From Octopus sinensis (Eukaryota): a stretch of DNA of 64,000 nucleotides. The translations under genes and the position numbers were made by a program. The stretch spans positions 13,082,001 through 13,146,000 of the forward strand of contig NC_043009.1 of NCBI RefSeq assembly GCF_006345805.1, written 5' to 3'. The notes under the pieces are model-generated. The model was not told where the DNA came from. It was given only the letters and a program-made list of their open reading frames with translations, and made no database searches. Of the stretch, positions 1-13,693 are shown in pieces (position 1 is the first letter of the stretch; every line of letters begins with the position of its first letter).

Positions 1-436
1 CCCAAGATTTCGTTAGGTTTAAATTTGAGAGCACTAAAATTCGAACATACCCGTCTGATATGAGTAATCCCAGATAAATCATCTTCGACCGCCAGTACTA
101 ACGAATTCAAAAAGTACGAATGAGGCTTTGTATTCTTCACCGTCCACCCACGTGAGTTATAGAGCAACAAATCACTACAGAGGGATCTGTAGTTTATTAT
201 CAGGGAGGACCTCATTCGCCGAAAATGCTCGTTTTTCTTAACTTTGACATTCCAATTTTATGATCTGAAAATAAACAAAAATTAAGTAGAAAGACAAAAA
301 AAATAGATTCCAAAATGATTCAATAATAGAATTCTCGAAAAATAGATTCCAAAATTTAAAAACGCAATAAAGTCCAATGTGAAAAAAAAAAACGGCGTGA
401 ACTTAGTTGCCAACCCACCATATATATATGCATATA

Positions 437-629
437 GGCGTGGGAGTGGCTGTGTAGTAAGTAGCTTGCTTACGAACCACATGGTTCCGGGTTCAGTCCT
501 ACTGCGTGGCACCTTGAGCAAGTGTCCTCTACTATAGCCTCGGGCCTATCAAAGCCTTGTGGGTGGATTTGGAAGACGGAAACTGAAAGAAACCCGTCGT
601 ATATATGCATATATACATATATATATATG

Positions 630-671
<42 letters not shown>

Positions 672-886
672 ATATGTGTATGTATGTTTGTGTGTCGGTG
701 TTTGTCCCCGAAAATCGCTTGACAACCGATGCTGGTGTGTTTATGCTCCCGTAACTTAGCGGTTCGACAAAAATACCGATGAAATAAGTACTAGGCTTAC
801 AAAAAATAAGTCCTGGCGTCGATTTGCTAAAGGTGGTGCTCCAGCATGACCACAGTCAGATGACTGAAACAAGTAAAAGAGTAAGA
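437..886 (+). mobile_element. tRNA-derived SINE, family A (CORE-like), full length, with internal (TA)n/(TG)n
   Basis: Head GGCGTGGGAGTGGCTGTGTAGTAAG...GGTTCAGTCC (A/B boxes), CORE-like CACCTTGAGCAAGTG, tail ...GACTGAAACAAGTAAAAGAG; paralogues at 18789, 59749, 16905, 49640. Confidence 0.9.
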
Positions 887-1389
887 TAGTATATCTATGT
901 ATGTAATTATATATATATGTATATGCATACATATATGTGTATATATATGTATGAATATATATATACATACCTTCATACATAGATATGTGTGTGTGTTTGT
1001 GTCTGTGCGTGTGTGCTTGGATGCCGGGATATATATATATACGTTATACTTGATAAGAAGAGGAAAATATGGAAATTATCAGCATAGCCTTCTAGGATTT
1101 AGTCAAATTCCTATATTTCTACCCTCTACTCTAGAATTCACTCTTGAATTCAACATTCGGATGTGGATTATACAAGCTATACGTCTTCACTCCATCTTTA
1201 TGAGACTGTGTTTGGTTAAGAAGAAATTATTGATTTTTGTAACATTAAATTCATGTCTATACTACGTTTGGTGACTTCCTTATCAAGTACTATCCGCTTT
1301 TCGTGGAACATTCGTAGGCAAGTACAAAAGAGGTTTCATTTTGTTATCATATGGCCAATGCGCTTTTCTCGGTTATGTCTTTTGTGAGG

Positions 1390-2013
1390 ATACGATAAAA
1401 CAAAGCTACAAAGGGAGGGGTTGGGGGAGAGTGAGAGAGAAAAAATGAAAGCCTGAGGAAGAGAGAGAGAGAGTGTGTGAAGGAGACGGGAAGGAAAAGA
1501 AGGAGAGAGTGCAAGAAGCAGACGGAATGGAAAAGAGGAAGAGAGAAGGAATGAGAGGGAGAAAGAAAGACAGAGAGAGGGAGAAAAGGTAGAAAGGATG
1601 ATAAGAAAACAAAGGAAGTGAGAGAGAGAGAGCGAAAGAGAGAGAATGAGATCTTGGGAATGAGAAGGTGAGGGGACGGGAATGGAGAGAGAGAGAGAGA
1701 GAGAGAGAAGGAGAGAGAATGAGAAAGAAAGATAGAGAGTGGAGAAAAAAGAGAGAGAAGGAGAGAGAATGAGAAAGAAAGATAGAGAGTGGAGAAAAAA
1801 GAGAGAGAAGGAAAAATGCAGAAAGAGGAATGAGAAGAGCTGGGGAGAGAGAGAGAGAGATAAAGAGGGAGAGAGATAAAGATAAAGTGAAAGATGAGGG
1901 AAAGAGAAAAAGATGGAGAGAGATAAAGATAAATAGAGAGATAAAAAGGGAAAGAGAGATAAAAAGGGTGAGAGAGAGGTAAACAGGGAAAGATAGTAAG
2001 AGTCAGAAAGAAC

Positions 2014-2054
<41 letters not shown>

Positions 2055-2056
2055 CA
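1390..2056. repeat. GA-rich low-complexity tract with a 50-bp tandem duplication (1701-1800)
   Basis: Purine-only tract; unit GAGAGAGAAGGAGAGAGAATGAGAAAGAAAGATAGAGAGTGGAGAAAAAA occurs twice. Confidence 0.9.
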
Positions 2057-2231
2057 GCAACACGAAGCAGGTGCATCTCTTTTATCATACTCTGCTTTTT
2101 GGATGGATAAAACTGACCTCACCTTGATTTAAATTTCGATTGCATAGATCTGGATTAAATATCTATTGACAATCCACCTGACGATCTAACAATTCTTTCA
2201 AATCAACACCACAAGTAATACTAGTTACACA

Positions 2232-2350
2232 TTTTGGTACAAGTCCGGCAATTTCTGGAGAGGTGTAAGGTAAATCTATTACATCAACTCCAGTGTAAAA
2301 CTGGTACCTATTTTATTGACCCCGAAATGATGAAAGGCAATGTCAGCCTC
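2232..2350 (-). mobile_element. SINE family B, decayed partial copy
   Basis: ACTGGTACCTATTTTATTGACCCCGAAATGATGAAAGGCAA is the reverse complement of the family B core TTGCCTTTCATCCTTTCGGGGTCGATAAATTAAGTACCAGT. Confidence 0.75.
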
Positions 2351-3635
2351 TACCAGGGATATTAAAACCATTATTCCAAGCAGTAAAATGTTTTAGGAGT
2401 CGCAGTGTATCCTATGAGATGACAGTTTTCAGCTTTCTAATAAAACCGAATTTTATTTACGCCTTGCCTCCTTCGCTGCGACTGCAACAATCATCAGCCC
2501 TCAATACTGGGTTTCATTAAACCGACTGTTCTTTCCAAAATGTGTAGTATTATGTATTTCGTTACAACGATTTAGCTACGGCAAATACTGCTGTTTTACT
2601 TTCACTTGTGTCCTATTATTTGTCATTGCCTATTTGGATTTTTTTGTAAACTAATCGAGGGCTGAGCTTGTAAAATCACATGTATCTTTTTGGCCAAGCA
2701 TGAAGTTGACGATAAATACAAATCCTCAACATTCGACAGGTAACAAAACACGAACACACGCATACATAAATAAACACTTAAATACAAGGGCGCGCGAAAT
2801 ACGCATGCATATACTCATGTCTATATATACATACGCCCATGTGCATGTATGTATGTAAGCGTACATGAGTTCGTATAAGTGTGAGAGAAATTGATGAGAG
2901 ATTATTAGGCATGTACACATATACACACACATACAAATAGACACACAAGCACACTAGCGCACACACACATACAAACAGAGGCAATTTGATTGAAAATGAA
3001 TCAATAATTAATAGATTAAGAATACAGAGATATACACGGAGAAAAAACATTTAAAAAATGCGTTAAGCATAGTAGAAAGAATGTAATTGTTTGATGAAAA
3101 TACAAATACAAGAACCTATAAAATAAATGATTAAAACAGGGAAGTATCGTTAGAAAATGTAATAAATATATATACATATATATATTTATGTATCACGTCT
3201 TAGAAAATCTCTTAAGAAAAAGTAAGCAGTCAGACAATTTCATAAGCTTCTAGATTATTACTAGATTGCAAATGGCTGACACAATGCTGTTTGCCTCTCA
3301 CTCAACATTAAACAATTGCCCGTCTCTTGTCAACAGCTGCATACAATTACGAAGCTATATCATCTCATTGATTGTCAGATTAAAGTGAAGGTGAAGGAGA
3401 TCGCGGAGGATGTCCAAAGGCAGGACTAGTCTGTACAGTACACTTGAACGTCATAAAATTTGACATGTACATCATGGTACATGTGCATTGTAACAAAGAT
3501 GTTGGCCATACTTGAGTTCATTCAACAACCATTGCATTTTAATACCTAATATTGCTCTCTCTGACACATCTTTCTACACAAACAGAGATACACACACACA
3601 CACATATGCCACAACACCAAAATGTAGAACCACTA

Positions 3636-3642
3636 TATATAT

Positions 3643-3687
<45 letters not shown>

Positions 3688-3740
3688 TATTTCGATAGGT
3701 GAATGAATTATCCTATGTTACCGTCAGCATGGAAAATTCG

Positions 3741-3794
<54 letters not shown>

Positions 3795-3803
3795 TATATA
3801 TAT

Positions 3804-3834
<31 letters not shown>

Positions 3835-3925
3835 GTGTGGGTGTGCGGTGTCTGTGTGTGGTGTGTGTGTGGTGTGTGGTGTGTGTGTGTGTTGTGTGTG
3901 TGTGTGTATTTGTGTGTGTGTATGA
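3636..3925. repeat. (TA)n and (TG)n microsatellites
   Basis: Direct inspection. Confidence 0.95.
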
Positions 3926-4972
3926 CAGAAGTAAATCGTGTTAAAAGAACATGAATGAATCAGGAATACAAATTCCAGTTGATGTGATGTAATTTGAAGC
4001 GGTAGAGTTTTTTAAAAACATATTAGTGTGCGAACGTGGGTCACTTCCTTAAGAAAATATCGGCTGATCAATGGGAAAATGTTTAATAAAAGCTATTCTC
4101 TTGGTTTAATACTGGCTAATCTCACTAACATTATGCCGATGTCAACTCGGCCCAGTGTGCCGCCATGTTGGTCGTTGGCATATTGAGAGAGTATGGACGA
4201 CTGTTTCCTGTCATTATACTCTCTCCAGTGACCGTTTAGGCTCTCCGCTGCACTCCTAGATTATTCTCCATGCATGCCGTGTTTCTAATGCCATAATATG
4301 CCGAAAATAGGCAACGTCAATAACCATGTATTTTATCACTAACAAGCACGCATTTCGAAGAAAGCCGATAGAAATTGCTACAAAATCCCGTTATCACCAT
4401 AGAGAAACCCGATTTCAGAGTTAGTTCATAAGACGCTTCGCTTCATCAGTGATAAATGCGGCAAAGGAATAAGTGAAATACTTACTTATACCCATGGAAG
4501 AATATATATATATATATATGGCGGTGCCCCAACATGGCCACAGCTCGTGAGCTGAAACTAGAATCAATCAATCAGTCATATATATATGAGAGCCTCAGTT
4601 CAAATCGCACTTGTCTCGTATGGGCTGGAGAATTTCTATTTTGGCTGTATTTGGGGTACTTAATTGTGCTCATGACTTAGTGTTTGCTTCTTCCATGGGC
4701 ATGAGTAAGTATCTCATTTATTTCTTTGCCAAATTTATCACTGACGAAGGGAGGGTTCTTATGAACTAACCCTGAAATCGGCCCGATATGGTAATAATGG
4801 AATTTTTTAGAAATTTCTCTCCACCTTTTTCGAGTAGCGTGCGTATTGCGAAAAAGTATAATGGTTATGGACAATGTGTCTAATTTCGGCATATTTGGCA
4901 TTAGAAATTTTTTTCTTTTGTCCTTATTTAGAAGTTGTTTATATATATAGCTATAGATATATATATTCCTAT

Positions 4973-5062
<90 letters not shown>

Positions 5063-5066
<4 letters not shown>

Positions 5067-6120
5067 AAGGTATGTAGAAAAATACAACATGGACAAGACG
5101 TATAACTCTTAGAAGACGATACAATAATCATAAACACGGACAGGGCATTCGAAACCCTCAGTCTTCAGTCAAGAACCGGATCATCGTAGTAATTTCGGCT
5201 GATTAATCTTGAGATTACTAGATCACGGCAAGCCCTCCAAGAAAAACTAAGCAACGAGCATTAGAAAAACTAAGCTGGGAGCGTAGATTTCCTGGAAGAA
5301 GGATCGAATGCATACGGACACCAGGAAAGCAAAAGGACGAATATAAAAAAACAAAAAAATAATGGAATACAGAAAACATGAAATACAGAAGCATTAACGG
5401 TGAAAAACCAACAACAAGTGTCTTACGACTGATAACAAGCAAACAATTTTTTTCTCTGGCGCGAGGAAAGGAGCCTTATCGGCGATGCCTATAGCGGCGG
5501 ACGAAAAACAACGATGTTAACACGACGCTGGTCAGAAGCTGAAAGGCAGATTTCGGCCAGCAGTCACGTGACAGAGAAGAGAGAAAAGGAAAGAAAGAGA
5601 AGCAACGGAAGAGAGAGAGAGAGGAGGAGAGAGAGAGGAGGGACAAACGCAACAAAGAGAGAGAAGAAGAGAGAAAGAAGGAATCAGAGAGGAGAAGGGA
5701 TGGGTGCGAAGATTGACCTGTGAGTGCAGAGCGAGACAAAGAAATAGGAGGGTAGTGGAAGATTAGACCAAAGAATCAGAGGAAAGAGAAGAGAAAAAGA
5801 GGATGAGTAGAGAGAGAAGGGACAGATCAAGTAAAAGTGAGAGAGAGAGAGAGACAAACAAAGAGTCGTACCAGTTATTAAGAATATGTGCTCACATTAA
5901 TGTTAAGAGGGTACGTGGCGCCTGGAATATATGTAACGGTATGTAGAAAAATACAACATGGACAAGAACGTATAACTCTAGAAGACGATACAATAAACAC
6001 GGACAGGACATTCGAAACCCTCAGTCTTCAGTCAAGAACCGGATCATCGTAGTAATTTCGGCTGATTAATCTTGAGATTACTAGATCACGGCCAGCCCTC
6101 CAAGAAAAACTAAGCAACGA
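5063..6120 (+). mobile_element. ~190-bp direct repeats (5063-5257, 5932-6120) around a GA-rich core; possible non-autonomous LTR/TRIM-like element
   Basis: Two near-identical copies, both starting with TG; TGGCGCGAGG (PBS-like) near 5457; the second repeat ends at (TA)n plus a SINE. Confidence 0.45.
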
Positions 6121-6133
6121 TATATATATATAT

Positions 6134-6479
6134 AAAGGGTAAAGACCCCCTTTGGTTAGGCACTGACCATGGGTTTGCACCTAGAGAGATACCCTCTGAG
6201 GCACAAGTCTGGGCAAGGTTGTTTTTATGGAAGACCAGCAGTCGCCCATGCATACCGGCCTCCCCTCTCCACGTCACCGATGTTGTCCAAGGGAAAGGCA
6301 GGGGCCGATACAGCTTGGCACCTGTGACGTCGCAACTCATTTCTACAGCTGAGTGAACTGGAGCAACGTGAAATAAAGTGCCTTGCTCAAGAACACAACA
6401 CGCAGCCCCGTCCGGGATTCGAGCTCACAACCTCACGATCGTAAGCTCGACGCTCTAACCACTGAGCCATGCGCCTTCA
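6134..6479 (-). mobile_element. tRNA-derived SINE family C with RTE-like 3' tail
   Basis: Minus head TGAAGGCGCATGGCTCAGTGGTTAGAGCGTCGAGCTTACGATCGTGAGGTTGTGAGCTCGAATCCC; 3' end ...GGGGTCTTTACCCTTT. Confidence 0.85.
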
Positions 6480-6689
6480 TGTATGTATATATATATATAT
6501 ATACATACATACATACATACACACACACATACATACACACACACACACGCACACACACACACACACACTTACACACACATATATATATGTATGTATATAT
6601 GTCTATATAGAGGCTACGGTAGATGTAACACCATTTCTTATTTGTATTAAACTTTCGGGAATGGTTAAATCTTAATTTTGACGTGGGGT

Positions 6690-6930
6690 GTATAGGACGA
6701 CGTAGATTAATTGCGTGGCTATCACGATCGCCAGACCTAACACCACCTGACTTTATCTTGTGGGTTGTATTGAAAAAGCTTGATTATTCCCTGAAACAGA
6801 AAACGATTCTTGAATTAAAACAAGCAATTTCTGATTTTCAATGATTAATGGGGAAATATGTCAAAAGTTTTGCAGAAGTGTGCAGGTAATGTTCAGAATT
6901 GTACTAAAAACGAAGGGGAGCCTTTTGAAC
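6690..6930 (+). pseudogene. Tc1/mariner transposase C-terminal relic
   Basis: TGGCTATCACGATCGCCAGACCTAACACCACCTGACTTTATCTTGTGG = W-L-S-R-S-P-D-L-T-P-P-D-F-I-L-W (WPxRSPDLTPxDFFLW motif). Confidence 0.75.
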
Positions 6931-7371
6931 ATGTTAATTAAATTTTTTCTATCATAATGATTACATTGTTTTGATGGAACAATACTTTATAAATTTTATA
7001 AAACCACTCTGTTTATTTCTAATAATTATTTTTTTCGTTTCTGTAATAAATGCAATAAAATTTATTAAAGAAGACAATTTTTGTATTATAAAAATTACTA
7101 AATGAAATTGACGTTAATTCTGTTAATTATTATTTAAAACACTTTGATTCGGCTCCGTGCGACTTTGTGATGCCCGAGCCTATAACAGAATTCCGTTGAT
7201 AATATGATAATATAAGCCTAAAAGAGACGAGTTTCTGTTACAAGGTGCGAAGGTTTAAGCTGCATAAAATCGAATCAAACTGTTTTAAATAACAAAGCAT
7301 CTAAAGAAAAATATGAAAAGAGCGAATAGCAGAGAACTTTAGGTTACAGTTAGTAAGCCCGCTACGCATGC

Positions 7372-8339
7372 CATACTTCCACCTCAAGAGTGATACCGAT
7401 AGGCTGTACTTGTCCAAGAGAAAGGATGGGAGAGGTTTGATCAAATGCCAGGATTGTATCGAAGCAGAGGAAAACAGCCAAGGGTGGTATATAAAGAGTA
7501 TCGTGGAGCCACTGTTGAAACATACAAAGAAGGCTGGCGTCTTTAAAACTGAAAATACTGTAACTAAAGAAAGATTTCAACAAAAAATGAACAAAAACAA
7601 AAGAGAAAAGGAAAATCATAGAAGAAAAACAAAATGTACGGTCAGTTTGCAAGACAAATACAGAGAACAAATACAGGTGGCTATGGATTAGGAGTGCTCT
7701 GAATATAGAGACAAAAATACTCATATGGGCGGCTCAATAACAATCGTGAAGGACCAATTATATGAAGTGCAGAATTGACAACACCACCGATATCGACAAA
7801 ATTCAGAATACCTGGTGAGAGGAGTGAACGGTATGGCACATCTTTAGTGAATGCCCAAAATTGGCCCAAACCGAATACAAACGACGCCATGACAATGTGG
7901 CAAGAATGATCTATTGTGAGCTCTGTGATAATCACGGCCTCCAAACAGCAAAGACGTTGTATGATCAAACGCCAGAAGGAATCATGTATCGAGGAACGTG
8001 TATGATTATCGACATACCATGCCCCTTGAGAACATGATCAATATGAAAGAAGAAGAAAACAGGAGAAAAGACTATAACGGTTTAAATTGGGAAATACGAA
8101 GGTTGTGGTCAATGAAGAGAGCAGATGTGATACCAATATTAATTGGTGCGCTTGGAAGTATCAGCACACAACTTCCAACTTGACTGAAAAAGATGCAAGC
8201 GTGAAGGTAGAACACCTACAAAAATCAGTATTGCTTGGAACGGCTAGAATTCTTTGTAGGGTTCTTGAAGCATGACCAATAAACAACTGTGGGCAACTGG
8301 TACTTTCCATCGAACACAGCAAAAAAGCTGTGAGATTTC

Positions 8340-8340
<1 letters not shown>
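7372..8340 (+). mobile_element. R4/Dong-like RLE non-LTR retrotransposon, 5'-truncated and decayed (family 2)
   Basis: HLKSDTDRLYLSKRKDGRGLI; ECPKLAQTEYKRRHDNVA; EIRRLWSMKRADVIPILIGALGSI; LQKSVLLGTARILCRVL; followed by (AAT)n at 8341-8440. Confidence 0.85.
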
Positions 8341-8401
<61 letters not shown>

Positions 8402-8539
8402 TAATAATAATAATAATAATAAAAATAATAATAATAATATTCTGAAACACATTCTCACAAAGGATATAACAGCAGCAACGGATTTGATCAGATCCCCCTT
8501 AAATTTTAGTTGACGAAGTGGTTGTTCAGAACCTACATC

Positions 8540-9080
8540 ATACACCACTATGCAAACATCCACATACATTCACACGCACAGGCATACGCACTCAGACACC
8601 CCTTGCCACTCCACACACACCTGCCAACCCCTAATTCTGATGACCCCTATCCCACTTCTCACCTTCATGCACACCCTTAAACAGAAATACCTGGCCTCAT
8701 GCAAGCATAGACATAAACTAACACATAGATACACATACGCATAAACACAGAACATCGCATACATTAACTGCATGTACACACATAATACGTACGCCCTCTG
8801 TAGTGTCACGTACACACGCTATTGGCGCACGCACACATTACCTGCAACACACATGCGTTGCACACACGCACACACACATTGGATACCCTCACACACATAT
8901 TATACACAGCATCACACATACTGTTCACACTTTCTCACACTCCTACACACATACATCCATACACACACACACACACACGAAAAGACACACACAAACAAAC
9001 ACGCGTGCACATATTCAGACAAATATATGGAACCCACAACACTCCTCACAGTGTACGTACTTCTTTAATTATACGGACAC
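8540..9080. repeat. CA-rich degenerate microsatellite
   Basis: Direct inspection; explains the His/Thr-rich ORFs. Confidence 0.85.
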
Positions 9081-9185
9081 CCACACAGGCTCTCATACCC
9101 ACAAACTGGCTCATATAATATTACGCTCGCCGATACATAAATACAAACGTGCTGCCCCTTCCTCAACCACATATTCCTATATACG

Positions 9186-9420
9186 TTATTTATTTATTTA
9201 CTGCCCACAAGAGGCTAAGCATAGAGGGAACAAACAAGGACAGACAAACGGATTAAGTCGATTACATCGACCCCAGTGCGAAACTGGTACTTTATTTATC
9301 GACCCCGAAAGGATGAAAGGCAAAGTCGACCTCGGCGAATTTGAACTCAGAACGTAACGACAGATGAAATACCGCTAAGTATTCCGCCCGGCGTGCTAAC
9401 GATTCTGCCAACTCACCGCC
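9186..9420 (-). mobile_element. SINE family B, full length
   Basis: Reverse complement of the 46864-47093 copy; head GGCGGTGAGTTGGCAGAATCGTTAGCACGCCGGG, B box GAGTTCAAATTC. Confidence 0.92.
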
Positions 9421-9771
9421 CTTCTTATACAAATTATTCCCACACTCACGCTGGTGCACCACATTTTAGCCGGGCCAGTGTTATCTCCCCTTCCAACAGC
9501 CTCTTTCTTCCGGATTTTTTTCTCTCTCCATTTGTTTTTGTTACTATTTCGTTTTGATAAATATTAAAGTCTACTTTTAAAATTTGTTATGACAATATGA
9601 TGATATGTTTGATATTTTATGTTCTTTAGACAAATATCCTCAACTTACAATGCCCTATACGTTTCTTTAAAATGTAGAGAAATAACGGCAATCCTTTTCT
9701 GTGGTCCAGCACATAATTAGTTGTTCATAAAGATAGGAGGGTCAAATCAGTAGAGAGAGAGAGAGAGAGAC

Positions 9772-9803
<32 letters not shown>

Positions 9804-9828
9804 CGTATACATGTATATTTATGAGCGC

Positions 9829-10218
9829 AACTGGAGGAAGCACTCCGTCGGTTACGACGACGAGGGTTCCGGTTGATCCGAATCAACGGAACAGCCTGCT
9901 CGTGAAATTAACGTGTAAGTGGCTGAGCACTGCACAGACACGTGTACCCTTAACGTAGTTCTCGGGGATATTCAGCGTGACACAGAGAGTGACAAGGCCG
10001 GCCCTTTGAAATACAGGTACAACAGAAACAGGAAGTAAGAGTGAGAGAAAGTTGTGGTGAAAGAGTACAGCAGGGATCATCACCCCCTGCCGGAGCTTCG
10101 TGGAGCTTTTAGGTGTTTTCGCTCAATAAACACTCACAACGCCCGGTCTGGGAATCGAAACCGCAATCCTACGACCGCGAGTCCGCTGCCCTAACCACTG
10201 GGCCATTGCGCCTCCACA
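9829..10218 (-). mobile_element. tRNA-derived SINE family D1 with 8-bp target-site duplication
   Basis: Head GTGGAGGCGCAATGGCCCAGTGGTTAGGGCAGCGG...GTTTCGATTCCC; ATGAGCGC on both sides (9821-9828, 10219-10226). Confidence 0.9.
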
Positions 10219-10505
10219 ATGAGCGCCACTAACCTTTATGAGATACAATTTTAGCAGGTTTTATCAATGCCAGATAGACATTCAGTACAGACAGGTTGCT
10301 AAACTAGCGTCAATACTCGGGATCGAACGCGTTATTGTAGCTTGCATTATAGTTTTTTTCATTTCTGTTATTCATTCGATCTTTAACCACTGACTTGTTT
10401 GGAGATTTAAGAAAATATCAAGTACCGTTTAAATGTCGACTTACAAACAAAATTATATATATATATACATATATATGTATGTATTTATGTGTATATATAT
10501 CTATC

Positions 10506-10537
<32 letters not shown>

Positions 10538-10726
10538 TATATAATATATATACATACATATATAACTCCAAACTTACAGAGAAAAGTTCAATTTAGTATT
10601 AAATCAAATTTCACAACACTCTGTTGCTTTTTCGTCTTTTTTAAAGGAGTTATTGAATTTCCTCATACACACACACGTACATACACACACATATACATTT
10701 ATTCAATACTAACGTACAAAAATGCT

Positions 10727-10900
10727 GCGAGATGGCAGAGACATTAGCACACCGGGCAAAATGCTTAGCGCTATTTCGTCAACTTTGCCTTTCATCCTTT
10801 CGGGGGCGATAAATTAAGTACCAGTTGCATACTGAAGTCGACCTGATTGACTGGACCCCTTCCCCCAAATTTCAAGCCTTGTGCCTAGAGTAGAAAAGAA
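10727..10900 (+). mobile_element. SINE family B (short-tail subfamily)
   Basis: GCGAGATGGCAGAGACATTAGCACACCGGGCAAAATGCTTAGCG...TTTGCCTTTCATCCTTTCGGGG. Confidence 0.85.
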
Positions 10901-11099
10901 TACTAAGGTACAAATAAACGCATGTACATACATGTATTTACCCAAACATATTTTCCCGTTCTCATCGGAACTTCGAAGATGAAGCACCGAGAGAGTCATA
11001 GGGTGGCATATACATTAATGTATTTATGAACAGCTTCAAACACACATCAGCTACCAGCATCATCCTGCCACGTATAGTAGCGAAATGTACATCATATTA

Positions 11100-11475
11100 C
11101 ACTGAAGGCTCTTATGTAACATGAGGAGAATTTTTCAGCACCATGGAGTGTATTCGATTCTATTATATAAAGAACGATATATTGAAGAAGATATGATATA
11201 AGAAGAGGCAGTGCATATGTCCAAATATAAGAAATCCCAGAAACTGGATAACATCCCTTGAAAACTCCTAAAAGCATAGATGGCTAATGCTTGTCAAGGC
11301 ACTAANNNNNNNNNNNNNNNNNNNNNNNNNNNNNNNNNNNNNNNNNNNNNNNNNNNNNNNNNNNNNNNNNNNNNNNNNNNNNNNNNNNNNNNNNNNNNNN
11401 NNNNNCCCCCCCCCCAGAAAAATAGAAGAAGCGATCTGCAGGAAGACAAGATATTTAATTCTACTTAAGTTGTAT
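11100..11475 (+). pseudogene. Decayed LINE RT N-terminal fragment spanning the gap
   Basis: KYKKSQKLDNIP resembles KxxKAPGxDxIP; weak. Confidence 0.35.
11306..11405. other. Assembly gap (100 N)
   Basis: Run of N. Confidence 1.
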
Positions 11476-12433
11476 TAAAGTAACATGTAATTGAAAAATC
11501 AATATACATGGTCTTAACTATTCGTGTAGCTAACATTCAGCTTCTCCCTCCATCTATTTCCGTGTGATTTTATGTGTGTATGTGTGTTTACATATATATA
11601 CATACATTCATACTTACATACATACTTACATACATTCATACATACGTACGTACATACATATACTCACATATATATATATATATATACATATATACTTGCA
11701 TATGCATATACATGCCTACAATTCGCATAGATATATATATATGTGGGTATGTATGTATATGTATACGCACATACACATATGTACATATACACATACACGC
11801 ATTACATGCGCAAAAAAAAACATGAATTTATTAGTGTGTGGATTTGTGTGCGATAATTTCCTAGACTTGATGCGTGAGTGTCTGACAGTGTGTATACATC
11901 AATTAAACACTCCTACGAAACTATAGTTCATTTAATAATATGTATGCAGCTATTTATCGATGTGTGAATCTACATTAATAAGGATGCAGGTACGTAAGTC
12001 TATGTATAATTCTATGTATACAGACGTATATACGTATACTAATACACACTGAAACAACTCAAAGTACGTAGATTTGGATATATAAAAGCCGTAGTTATAG
12101 ATATAGCGACAGAAGCGTCTTCTGAATCACAATAAGTTTATTTAAGATTAAGCTGGTCACTAAGCTATCTTTCTTAGTCAGTGTCCAACATGAAAGCTGT
12201 TCACCTTTGATAGAGGAGGATTTTCATTGGACTAAACTGACTTGACACAAATCCAACAAGAGCGCGAATGCACGAGAAGCGTGTCATAAGATCTGTTTGG
12301 CTCTGCTATCCAACCTCAAATCGAGCGCTTTTCTTGTCAGCTTAAATAAACGCAATATGTCAATCAAGCTGTTGTATATTTTGGTTTCACTTTCAGTCGG
12401 TAACGATTAAAATATCCTCTTATTTCAGACGCG

Positions 12434-12434
12434 G

Positions 12435-12483
<49 letters not shown>

Positions 12484-12660
12484 ACACTAATACCACCACG
12501 ACCACCACCACTACTACTACTACTATTACTGCTACTACTAATACTACTACTACTGCTGCTGCTGCCACTAATACTACTACTAATACTACTACTACCACCA
12601 CAACCACGACCGCTACCACCATCACCAAAACCACCAAAACCCCCACCATCACTACTACTG

Positions 12661-12692
<32 letters not shown>

Positions 12693-12723
12693 GCTACTAC
12701 TACTGCTACCACTGCTGCTACTG

Positions 12724-12762
<39 letters not shown>

Positions 12763-12782
12763 ATTCTGATGATGATGATGAC

Positions 12783-12812
<30 letters not shown>
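12434..12812. repeat. Compound trinucleotide microsatellite (CTA)n/(CCA)n/(CTG)n then (GAT)n
   Basis: Direct inspection; source of the poly-Ser/Val/Ile ORFs. Confidence 0.95.
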
Positions 12813-12813
<1 letters not shown>

Positions 12814-13693
12814 ATGAGGACAATGATTAAGAAGATAATTGAGAGGACGACGAAGATGACGACAGCGCCGATGATGTTGACGCGGAGTGAGATTATTACA
12901 ACGATGGTGGCTTCCATTCGTAGCGGGACGGATTGATAGAAACGTTTCAGGGGGCGGGGTAACGATTTTGTTGGTAATTGTAGTTAAATTCTGTTTCTTG
13001 CATTGGTTGTAGCTAGATTAATTGTTTAAGTATTATCTCTGTAGCGTTGCTTATTGCAGTAGTGGTTTATACGAAGATGGTAACGATAGTGGTTATGATT
13101 GCATTATATGGTAATCGACAGTCGGTTGTTATATACAAAATTGTAGGAATGGTGATATTCCAGTAATGATAGCCATTAATTTGGTTATCGGAGCAATGTT
13201 CCTACCGGAGAAACCATGAGTTATGATTTCGTTGCATTCAGAGTCATAATGTAGGTGTTAACTTTAAGATGTCTAAGGCTAGTCGTGAACATGAGTTGGC
13301 GGCGTTTCCTTAGCAACTACATGGTTTTCACGTTCATGTGCCTGCTTGAAGCCTCAAGTTAGCAACTTGCTTGTGAATGCAACTTGGTAGAGATGGAACC
13401 ACCATATCTCTTGTCTCTCAATTTCTGCGTTTCTCTCTATTTGTCTGTCTGACCTCCACTTTCTCCCAAACTCACTGTATATAGCTATGTGTGTGTGCGT
13501 GTTCATATGAGTGCGCGCGCGCGCGTGTGTGTATGTGTAGATCTATCTAATCTATATAAATATTAATATACATACATACATACATACATATATATAAATA
13601 TAAATTAAATAAGGGTAGAAATTGATATTAAAACCAGTGGCCTAGCATATTATAAGGAAATCTGAAGATCAAAAATATTTTTACATACAACAT

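Noticed and set aside
4434-4455. CTGATGAAGC-GAAGCGTC hammerhead-like motif on the minus strand
   Set aside because: No stem II and an altered GAAA; at best a relic
5140-5170. CTGAAGA...CGAA on the minus strand of the direct repeat
   Set aside because: No stem II or GAAAC-NUH can be formed
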